The translations under genes were made by a program, and so were the position numbers. A stretch of DNA of 64,000 nucleotides from Kiritimatiellia bacterium (GTDB taxonomy: Bacteria; Verrucomicrobiota; Kiritimatiellia; JAAZAB01). Location of the stretch: the NCBI GenBank assembly GCA_040767085.1, contig JAXGPF010000014.1:1-64000 (forward strand), given 5' to 3'. The notes beneath the pieces are model-generated. The model ran no database searches. It saw only the letters and a program-made list of their open reading frames with translations, and had not been told where the DNA came from. Below, piece by piece: positions 29,505 through 37,907 of this stretch (position 1 is its first letter; each line of letters opens with the position of its first letter).

Positions 29505-30352
29505 ATCTATTCAAACACAAACCGGATCCCTTCTTTGATCTGGTTGTCCACGATATCCTTCGCGCTCCGGGCCTTACGGGGGCCTCTGCCGGTTATGAAG
29601 CAGGCGAGTGGCGATACGATGAGATGGCGAATTACCTTTTCGACTGGCTGCCCGAATTTGCACTCAAATACTCCGAACTTGAGGACTTGAACTCGGGCAC
29701 AGCGATGTACCTCATCAGGCGGGCGGCCAAGACGGTCTTCACGACGTCGAAATACCAGAAGAGAGGTGAGTTCGGGGAGCTCTTGCTGCACGCATTGATT
29801 AGGGACGTGTTTGCTTCGGAACCCGCTATCAGCAAGATTTACTACAAATCAGCAACCAATGACACAGTCAAAGGGTTTGACGCCGTTCATGTAGTCGACA
29901 ACGGTGGGAAATTAGAACTCTGGCTGGGGGAGGTGAAATTCTACAAGGACATTGACGCCGCTATCCGCGATGTGACTGCGGAAATCACGGCCCACATGAG
30001 CCAATATTATCTGCGTAACGAGTTCATCTTAATCACTTCGAAGCTAGACCCCCGGTGGCAGTATGCGGAAACGCTGAAGAGTCTGATCAGCAGCAGAACA
30101 TCCTTGGACAAGGTGTTTGCGAGAATATGTATCCCCATTCTGCTCACCTATGAGAGCACCTGCGTCGCCAGTTACACGGAAGCTAATGCGCAGTACACCG
30201 CTGCCTTGACCAAGGAACTCCAGGAGATATACGAGAAGTTCGCTGAATGCCAACTTCCGCCGGTGCGCGTCCACTTGTTCCTCATGCCGCTTAAGAGTAA
30301 GGACAATCTTGTTTCGATCCTTCAGTGCAAATTGGAGGGGTTGCAGCGATGA
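29501..30352 (+). CDS. hamA: Hachiman nuclease HamA (DUF1837)
   Basis: 'KRGEFGELLLH', 'KGFDAVH' and 'LWLGEVKFY' (PD-(D/E)XK-type) directly upstream of a Ski2-like helicase. Confidence 0.85.
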   Translation: MNLFKHKPDPFFDLVVHDILRAPGLTGASAGYEAGEWRYDEMANYLFDWLPEFALKYSELEDLNSGTAMYLIRRAAKTVFTTSKYQKRGEFGELLLHALIRDVFASEPAISKIYYKSATNDTVKGFDAVHVVDNGGKLELWLGEVKFYKDIDAAIRDVTAEITAHMSQYYLRNEFILITSKLDPRWQYAETLKSLISSRTSLDKVFARICIPILLTYESTCVASYTEANAQYTAALTKELQEIYEKFAECQLPPVRVHLFLMPLKSKDNLVSILQCKLEGLQR

Positions 30353-32445
30353 CCCCTCTCGATTTAAGACGGCTTGCAGATCCTGCCTTCATGCGCGACT
30401 ACCCGTTTGTCGTTCTATCCGAGATCGCCCGTCTTCTCAGTATTAACGAGAATGATGGCCGTGACCTCTTGATTCGCGCCCTTGAGTACAGCGGCAGTTT
30501 CTCAGCATTTCGCCCCGTCCTCACTAGTCTTGTGCAGAAGGCAGGCCTCTACCCGTATACCGGTGATTCTGACGCCCTATCTACCGATGAGATTCTCAAT
30601 TTGGAGTTCCACACAGCCGACGGGCTTGACGGGATCGTTCTCCACTCCATGCAAGGCCGCGTCTATCGAGCTCTGATGGATGGGGCCAACGTAATCTTGA
30701 GTGCTCCGACGAGTTTCGGGAAAAGTCTGTTAATTGATGCGATGATCGCATCGCGCCGGTTCGTTTGCATTGTGGTCATCGTGCCGACGATTTCGCTTAT
30801 TGATGAAACGCGGCGCCGGTTTGCCGCGCGTTTTGGGTCTGAGTTTAAGGTTATTACGCATCCTTCACAGAGGCCCGCAAAGAAATGCATCTACGTGCTG
30901 ACACAAGAGAGGTTTGTCGAGTTCGCAAACGCCCTTGAACCAGATTTCTTCGTGATCGACGAGTTCTACAAGTTGAGTCCCAATCGCGGCGACGACCGGA
31001 CGTTTGTACTGAATCACGCTTTCTATCGGCTCTTGAAGTCAGGCGCGCAGTTTTTTCTAATCGGTCCTAATATTCAGGCCATCACAATCGACCAGACCCA
31101 TCTTAACTTTCGCTTTTTCGGAACTAATTTCAGCACTGTCGCCGCGGAAGTCATCTTTATGGGGGATGGTGAACCTGAACAGAATGCCTTGAAGGTATGC
31201 CGTGGCCTGTCAGAACCGACACTAATCTTCTGCAAGTCTGCGGCAAGCGCCTACAAACTCGGGCAGTTCTTGAGAGGGGAAGGGGTCTCTGCACCCTCCG
31301 AAGCCCTGCACGATGCCGCCCAATGGTTGCGCGAGAACTACCACCCTGACTGGGTCCTTGCGGACTTGCTTAAAGATGGTCTTGCGGTGCACCATGGAGC
31401 ATTGCCAAGGTCCGTTGCATATCACTTTCTGCGCCTGTTCAACGAAGGCGCAATCCGATTTCTTCTCTGCACTTCGACAATCATCGAGGGTGTGAATACC
31501 ACAGCCAAGAGCATCATTATCTATGACAACAAGATTGCTACGAAAAAGTTTGATCAGTTCACATTCAACAACATAAAGGGTCGGGCGGGCCGCATGTTCA
31601 AGCATTTCGTCGGCCATGTGTACGTGCTGCACAATGAACCGCAGCCGGAACTGCCTTTGGTCGATGTGCCTTCAATTACTCAGCCGGATGACACTCCGGA
31701 GTCTCTCCTTGTTCAAATGGACGACAGCGATCTCTCTGAACACTCTCTTGAACGTTTGCGTTACCTTCATGCGCAGAAAGACCTGCCTATTGAAGTCATC
31801 CGAGAGAACGCTGGTATCGCGCCAGAGCAACAATTAGATGTCGCACGTGAAATCGACGCCAACATAGCGAAGTACCACCCACTTCTGTCCTGGAGAGGTT
31901 TCCCGCAGTCCGAACAACTGTTTACTGTGTGCGGGCTTATCTTCGACTACCTGATGGGCGGGACCGGCAAAGACGGTGTGTTCGGTGGGAAGCAGTTATG
32001 GTTCAAGATGTCACGGTTCGCGAAGATCAAGACCATAGATGGATTGATCCGGGCTGAGTTGCGCGAAAACAATCAGATTGCTGGACCTTCCGACGCTGTT
32101 GAAGAGGTCTTGATGTTCCTCCGGAGATGGGGGGAATTTCATTTTCCAAGATACCTTGGTGCATTGGACAAGATCCAACGAAGCGTGTTTGAGCGAGCCG
32201 GCCATCAAGGTGGAAACTACGAACCCTACTGTGCGGCAGTGAAGCAACTCTTCATGCCCTTGTCCGCAACGGTGTTGGAGGAGTATGGAATCCCATACCA
32301 ACTGTCCATGAAACTCGAAGAGCGTCTTCCGCTTGGAGATGACGTGGACACTATTCTGAGCAATTTGCCGAGAGTCGATGTTGCCAGCCTGAAGATGTCA
32401 GGATTTGAACGAGACATGCTCAATGATGCGCTGAACAATTTGTGA
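30349..32445 (+). CDS. hamB: Hachiman Ski2-like helicase HamB
   Basis: 'SAPTSFGKS', 'VIDEFYK', 'HHGALP', 'CTSTIIEGVN', 'NIKGRAGR'; ATGA overlap with hamA. Confidence 0.85.
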   Translation: MTPLDLRRLADPAFMRDYPFVVLSEIARLLSINENDGRDLLIRALEYSGSFSAFRPVLTSLVQKAGLYPYTGDSDALSTDEILNLEFHTADGLDGIVLHSMQGRVYRALMDGANVILSAPTSFGKSLLIDAMIASRRFVCIVVIVPTISLIDETRRRFAARFGSEFKVITHPSQRPAKKCIYVLTQERFVEFANALEPDFFVIDEFYKLSPNRGDDRTFVLNHAFYRLLKSGAQFFLIGPNIQAITIDQTHLNFRFFGTNFSTVAAEVIFMGDGEPEQNALKVCRGLSEPTLIFCKSAASAYKLGQFLRGEGVSAPSEALHDAAQWLRENYHPDWVLADLLKDGLAVHHGALPRSVAYHFLRLFNEGAIRFLLCTSTIIEGVNTTAKSIIIYDNKIATKKFDQFTFNNIKGRAGRMFKHFVGHVYVLHNEPQPELPLVDVPSITQPDDTPESLLVQMDDSDLSEHSLERLRYLHAQKDLPIEVIRENAGIAPEQQLDVAREIDANIAKYHPLLSWRGFPQSEQLFTVCGLIFDYLMGGTGKDGVFGGKQLWFKMSRFAKIKTIDGLIRAELRENNQIAGPSDAVEEVLMFLRRWGEFHFPRYLGALDKIQRSVFERAGHQGGNYEPYCAAVKQLFMPLSATVLEEYGIPYQLSMKLEERLPLGDDVDTILSNLPRVDVASLKMSGFERDMLNDALNNL

Positions 32446-32458
32446 GAAGTCGCTCAGA

Positions 32459-35400
32459 ATGAAGACAACAACAGAGCACGCGTTTGAAACCCACGTGGAG
32501 GAACTTCTCCTCGGACAGTCGGGCTGGAAATCCGGCACGAATGCCGAGTGGGATAAGGAGCGGGCGCTGTTCCCAGCGCGTATCTTCGCCTTTCTGCAAG
32601 ACACACAGGCGAAGTTGTGGGAGGAGATGCGTGGACTTCACGGCCCCGGTCTTGAGTCCATGCTCATCGCGGCGCTGGTTAAGGAACTCGACATTAAGGG
32701 CATGCTGCATGTGCTTCGGCACGGCTTCAAGTTCTACGGCAAGACGTTTCGGTCGGCATATTTCAAACCGGCGCACGGGCTGAATTACGAGATCATTGAC
32801 CTATTCAATAAGAATCAACTTACGATTACCCGCCAGACACCCTGCCATCCGGCCGACAATTCCACTGTGGACATGGTGTTTGCCGTCAACGGTATGCCGG
32901 TCGCCACATGTGAATTGAAGAATCCCGGAACTGGCCAGAGTTGGCGCAAGGCGGTCAATCAGTACCGCGAGGATCGCGATCCGCGCGCGCCGTTGTTCCA
33001 GTTCAAGAACAGGGCTTTAGTTCACTTCGCCGCCGACCCGGACGAAGTCCACATGACCACGCGACTGGCGAATGAGCGGTCGCACTTCCTACCCTTCAAC
33101 AGGGGGAGTCATCCGGGCGAAATCCAGTGTGGCGCGGGCAATCCGCTGCATCCATCCGGCTATCGGACGGGCTATTTCTGGGAGGATGTCCTTCAGCGTG
33201 ACAGTTTCTTGGACATTCTCGGTCACTTCATGTTCGTCGAGAAACGCGATCAGAAGAAAGATGATGGCAAGGGCGGAAAGATTCGGGTGACAACGGAGAC
33301 GGTCATCTTTCCGCGTTACCACCAACTCGACGCCGTGCGAAAACTCGTGGCAACCGCCCGCAGAGAAGGCGCTGGCCGCAACTATCTCATTCAACATTCG
33401 GCGGGAAGCGGGAAGACCAACAGTATTTCCTGGCTTTCACACCGATTGGCGAGTCTGCACAACGAAAAAGACGAGAAGACGTATGATTGCGTCGTCGTCA
33501 TTACGGACCGCCGCATCCTCGACCAGCAGTTGCAGGACGCCATCTATCAGATTGAGCACTCACAGGGCGTGGTAAAGGCGATTGATCAGGACGCCAAGCA
33601 ACTCGCGGCGGCGCTGATTGACGGCACGAAGATCGTCATTACCACCTTGCAGAAGTTCCCGTTCGTGTTGCGCGGTCTGTTGCACACCGCTGGTGCCGAG
33701 AACCAAGATCAGGCAACCGACGATGAGAAACGGCAGGCTAAGGAATGGGAAGCCGCCATCGCCGCCCGAAAGTACGCGGTGATCGTGGACGAGGCTCATT
33801 CCAGCCAGACCGGCGAGACAGCGCGGGAACTGAAAGCCATTCTCGGAGCGAACGCTGCGCCAGAACCGGAAGACGCCGAACCGGACTGGGAAGACCGCTT
33901 GAACCAGATCATGCAGTCGCGGGGGCGGCAACCCAATCTGAGCTTCTTCGCGTTCACCGCCACGCCCAAGGGGAAGACCCTTGAATTATTCGGCCGGCCC
34001 GGAGCCAATGGCACACCGGAGGCTTTTCACGCCTACAGTATGCGGCAGGCTATCGAGGAGGAGTTCATTCTGGACGTACTTCAGAACTACACCTCGTATG
34101 ACACGTATTTCCGGCTCGTCAAGGCGGTGGAGGAGGACCCGAATGTCCCGAAGCACAAGGCGGCGCGTGCACTGGCGAAGTTCATGAGTCTGCATCCGCA
34201 CAACATTGAGCAGAAGACCGAGGTTATGGTTGAACACTTCCGGCTACATGTGAAGAACCAGATTGGCGGGCGGGCCAAGGCCATGGTAGTGACTTCATCC
34301 CGCCTGCACGCAGTGCGCTACAAACTGGCGTTTGAGCGCTACATTGCCGCGAACGGCTATACCGACGTGAGGCCCCTGGTGGCGTTCAGCGGAACAGTCA
34401 AAGACCCGGAGACCGGCCTTGAGTACACAGAACCGAGCATGAATCCAGATGTTGTGACCGGCAAACCGATCAGCGAGTCGCAGTTGCCGGATCGCTTAGA
34501 CTCCCCCGACTACCAGGTCTTGCTGGTCGCCAACAAGTACCAGACCGGTTACGACCAACCTTTGCTTCACACCATGTACGTGGATAAACGATTGGACGGC
34601 GTCCAGGCCGTGCAGACTCTATCCCGTCTGAATCGGAAGATTCCCGGCAAAAGCGAACCGTTCATACTCGATTTTGTAAACTCACCCGAAGACATCTACC
34701 GCGCGTTCAAACCGTACTACGACGCCACGAGTCTTCAGGAGGCATCCGATCCTTCCAAGCTGGAGACATTGAAACACGAACTGGACCAAGCCCAAGTCTA
34801 CTTCTGGAGCGAGGTGGAGGCGTTCGCGCAAATCTTCTATCGCCCTTTGGAGAAACAGAATGCCGGCGACCATGCCCGCATGCAGCAACACCTGCAACCG
34901 GCAGTGGACCGTTTCAAGGCAATCCCGGAAGAGGAGACGCGGACAGCATTCAGGGAGAAGTTGAGCGGTTATGTTCAGATTTACGCATTCCTGAGCCAAG
35001 TTGTCCCCTATGTGGACTCTGAACAGGAAATGCTCTACAGTTACGGCCGCTTCCTGCTTCCGCACCTGCCGCTTGAGCGAGACACCACGGTCTTGAAACT
35101 CGGGGATGAAGTCGGCCTCCAATACTACCGGCTGGAACGCGTGTCATCCGGCGCAATTCAAGTCCGCGAGGGGCCGCCTGAAGGCGTAAAGAGCCCGACG
35201 GATGTCGGCACCGGCAAGGCAAAGGACGAGAAGGTCCCGTTATCCGAAATTATCCAGGTACTCAACGACCGTTTTGGAACCAACTTCACCGAAGAAGACC
35301 GGTTGTTCTTTGAGCAGATCAAAGAAAAGGCGATCAAGAACGAGAAGGTCATCCGGACGGCCCGTGCCAATCCGCTCGATAAGTTCCAACTTGGCATCCG

Positions 35401-35569
35401 CAAACTGATCGAAGACCTCATGATTCAACGCATGGCCGACAACGACAAGATCGTAACGCGATACATGGACGATCAGGAGTTCCAGAACTCTGCCTTCCCG
35501 ATTCTCGCGAAGGAGATATTCGAGTCTATCCATGCGGGAGACGAATCGGAAACGACTACGCCAGGCTAG
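32459..35569 (+). CDS. hsdR: Type I restriction endonuclease subunit R
   Basis: 'DMVFAVNGMPVATCELKN', 'HSAGSGKT', 'DEAH', 'FTATPK', 'QTLSRLNR'. Confidence 0.97.
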   Translation: MKTTTEHAFETHVEELLLGQSGWKSGTNAEWDKERALFPARIFAFLQDTQAKLWEEMRGLHGPGLESMLIAALVKELDIKGMLHVLRHGFKFYGKTFRSAYFKPAHGLNYEIIDLFNKNQLTITRQTPCHPADNSTVDMVFAVNGMPVATCELKNPGTGQSWRKAVNQYREDRDPRAPLFQFKNRALVHFAADPDEVHMTTRLANERSHFLPFNRGSHPGEIQCGAGNPLHPSGYRTGYFWEDVLQRDSFLDILGHFMFVEKRDQKKDDGKGGKIRVTTETVIFPRYHQLDAVRKLVATARREGAGRNYLIQHSAGSGKTNSISWLSHRLASLHNEKDEKTYDCVVVITDRRILDQQLQDAIYQIEHSQGVVKAIDQDAKQLAAALIDGTKIVITTLQKFPFVLRGLLHTAGAENQDQATDDEKRQAKEWEAAIAARKYAVIVDEAHSSQTGETARELKAILGANAAPEPEDAEPDWEDRLNQIMQSRGRQPNLSFFAFTATPKGKTLELFGRPGANGTPEAFHAYSMRQAIEEEFILDVLQNYTSYDTYFRLVKAVEEDPNVPKHKAARALAKFMSLHPHNIEQKTEVMVEHFRLHVKNQIGGRAKAMVVTSSRLHAVRYKLAFERYIAANGYTDVRPLVAFSGTVKDPETGLEYTEPSMNPDVVTGKPISESQLPDRLDSPDYQVLLVANKYQTGYDQPLLHTMYVDKRLDGVQAVQTLSRLNRKIPGKSEPFILDFVNSPEDIYRAFKPYYDATSLQEASDPSKLETLKHELDQAQVYFWSEVEAFAQIFYRPLEKQNAGDHARMQQHLQPAVDRFKAIPEEETRTAFREKLSGYVQIYAFLSQVVPYVDSEQEMLYSYGRFLLPHLPLERDTTVLKLGDEVGLQYYRLERVSSGAIQVREGPPEGVKSPTDVGTGKAKDEKVPLSEIIQVLNDRFGTNFTEEDRLFFEQIKEKAIKNEKVIRTARANPLDKFQLGIRKLIEDLMIQRMADNDKIVTRYMDDQEFQNSAFPILAKEIFESIHAGDESETTTPG

Positions 35570-35621
35570 ATAAGTAGATAATAATAGATAAGGGTCAAAA
35601 ACACCCAGGGTCAGACCTAAA

Positions 35622-35749
35622 GGGCGTGTTGCCCAAACCGGAGCCGCCCTCACCGCGGGCGGCTACAGTCGGAAAATTAGCGTTTCTTTACTATAAGCCG
35701 CGTTCGGTAACCGCGGATTCTTTATGTTGTGGATTTGGGCAACACGCCC
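35622..35749. mobile_element. 128-bp MITE (IS5-like ends)
   Basis: Perfect 16-bp TIR GGGCGTGTTGCCCAAA; TAAA on both flanks (35618-35621 and 35750-35753); no ORF; internal hairpin AGCCGCCC/GGGCGGCT. Confidence 0.8.
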
Positions 35750-35822
35750 TAAATAAGTAACAAATACTTGATAAGAATTACGGATTATCTTGGTATCCTG
35801 GCATGGTTAGGCACAAATCTGC

Positions 35823-36743
35823 TTAGATTGCCTTCTTGAAAAGTTCAAAACGTTCTTCCAGGGCCGCCTGATCTGGTTTTAACTGATCTGGTTTAGGAAC
35901 CATGATTGTTTGGCCGTGAAAGCCCTGCAGTCCATGCTTCAGCATCGGGCCGTCAGTTTCATTGAGAACGTCTTTTCGAACTTCGATGATGTAATCAGGG
36001 CGTATCCCTAAGATTTGCCGGTCAAAAGCTCCGTGGTGCAGGCTGCAAAGAGCCAAACCATTTGAAACCAAAGGTAATCCTTTCGGATGACTGTCCGGAA
36101 GAATATGGGCAGCTTCAAGTAGCTCCTGATGCTTTAAGCGGCATATAGCACAGCGTTCGTGGTAAGCCAGCAAAACACGTATCCGGAATGACTGCTGGTG
36201 CATTCGTTGCCTGGCCTCAATGGTCTTGTAAAGGCGGCGGCCGAAAATATCCTGCTCAGCTACACCGGCGGGAGTTATTCCAACCTTGGCTTCATCGACG
36301 GCCACGGAGAAACTTAATTTATCCGGTTCATCATTGACAATGAACACGGGCCAGAAAGGCTGATACAAACCTTTCACAACACCAAACAAATATATAAGCG
36401 GTATCTTATGCTGCATCGCCAGTCTGAGTCCTACGTTATCCCTATGGCTGGGATCGGTGCCACGGTATCGGTAGCACAACAGATCATTATAATCGAATCC
36501 ATCCTCATAAGGACGTGCCTTGCCTTCGACTTCAGGTGCTGTCGTGATGGATAGCGGTAATTCTAAGACGGCTGGTTTGAAAATGCCCTGGGGTCCAATC
36601 AACGGCACCCGCCGGCCTTGAAACTCGAAGCCTTTAGCAAGCAGCGCCCTGGGTAGGACATCCCCATGAAACTGGGTAGCATTACGCAGGAAATCGAAAG
36701 CTGCATTTCGCACCTGAATATCGATGGATGATGCGCTGTTCAT
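35823..36743 (-). CDS. HNH endonuclease, putative (modification-dependent) restriction enzyme
   Basis: C-terminal 'CAIC...LLEAAHI...NGLALCSLHHGAFD'; N-terminal 'YRYRG...DNVGLR.AM...IPLIY' region reminiscent of SRA/PUA folds (inference). Confidence 0.8.
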   Translation of the reverse strand: MNSASSIDIQVRNAAFDFLRNATQFHGDVLPRALLAKGFEFQGRRVPLIGPQGIFKPAVLELPLSITTAPEVEGKARPYEDGFDYNDLLCYRYRGTDPSHRDNVGLRLAMQHKIPLIYLFGVVKGLYQPFWPVFIVNDEPDKLSFSVAVDEAKVGITPAGVAEQDIFGRRLYKTIEARQRMHQQSFRIRVLLAYHERCAICRLKHQELLEAAHILPDSHPKGLPLVSNGLALCSLHHGAFDRQILGIRPDYIIEVRKDVLNETDGPMLKHGLQGFHGQTIMVPKPDQLKPDQAALEERFELFKKAI

Positions 36744-36816
36744 CGTTCATCTACAGCTAATATTATTGCCTATCTATAAGACATAGTAATGCATGCATTC
36801 TGGCACTGCTCGCCGC

Positions 36817-37617
36817 CTACCTGGCCGCCTTCGCTTGGTTTTCCATGGCTATCACATAGCGCTTGAGGTGATATGTTATCAGATGGACGTCCGCGTCGTC
36901 GATCTGGGCGTGCCGTTTAGCCATCGCCTTGGTGAAGGACAGATGGTTCATCAACCACACCTCGGGCCAATCGACGGTTGCCTTTACGAACCAGCCAGGA
37001 TACAGCACCACGGGCTGGACTTTGAATTCCTTGCCGGTGCTGGACTCTATGAGGTCGCGCAGCCATCGGGCTTCTGACAGGGCTTGGATCACGGGGTCAC
37101 GGTCGGGCTGGAAGCCGTTAACCTTTACCTTTTCGCCATCGTACGTGACCATGCACGGCCCATTAACGGGCTTGCTGTGGGTCTTGGTCTCGATGGCATA
37201 GATCCCGCCAGGGCCGACCAGCACGTGGTCCACGTTGAAGCTGTCGGAATGGATGTCATGCAGCACCTGATACCCGGCCGGGCGCAGCTTTTCCTCCAGG
37301 TACTGACCAACAGCCTCTTCGCCGATTTGCCCCAGGTGGAGCGACTTTATTTTCTTTTTCGTCCGCCACAGCTTCACCCCGGCTAACGTGACGGTCAAGG
37401 CGGCCATTATGGTGTATAGCCAGGGTGATCTTTGGGGATGGAACAACACGGCGATCCACTCGAGAAAGGCGACCACGATCATGCAGAACGCGGCGAAAAT
37501 CCAAGGCACGGCCACTTCATCGAACAAGTATTCAATACGTTCCCTGATCGACTGTCCTGGCATTCGAACAGGCAGGTCTTTGATCGGGCTTTTCCTATGT
37601 CGCTTGTTTTCTGGCAT
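36817..37617 (-). CDS. NERD nuclease-related domain protein with two N-terminal TM helices
   Basis: 'GQIGEE.V', 'NVDHVLVGPGGIYAIETK', 'PVIQA'; two hydrophobic helices near the N-terminus. Confidence 0.85.
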   Translation of the reverse strand: MPENKRHRKSPIKDLPVRMPGQSIRERIEYLFDEVAVPWIFAAFCMIVVAFLEWIAVLFHPQRSPWLYTIMAALTVTLAGVKLWRTKKKIKSLHLGQIGEEAVGQYLEEKLRPAGYQVLHDIHSDSFNVDHVLVGPGGIYAIETKTHSKPVNGPCMVTYDGEKVKVNGFQPDRDPVIQALSEARWLRDLIESSTGKEFKVQPVVLYPGWFVKATVDWPEVWLMNHLSFTKAMAKRHAQIDDADVHLITYHLKRYVIAMENQAKAAR

Positions 37618-37907
37618 AATATCAACCGTCAACTTTCAATTTAATTTAGAGCACTTTTATCAGATTGGCACGGAAAGAGAAAGACAAATCAGACAGAAAT
37701 ATTGGAACGAAACAGGACTGGAAACGGGCGGCATTCAACGCCGCCGCCGACAACTTCATTTCTCCGCCTTCCATGAAAAGACGCGTCGGAGTGCGCAAAG
37801 CACATCCGCTTCAAACACCGAGGATCAGATAGCATTCAAGGCAGGTGGAGATCCGTGCGGGCGAGGTATTTTCCGGATAAACAAGGGTGATATTTGGAAA
37901 TAGGGCG

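Noticed and set aside
37388-37903. 171-aa plus-strand ORF between the NERD and MTase genes
   Set aside because: Half overlaps the NERD gene in antisense and has no motif or RBS.
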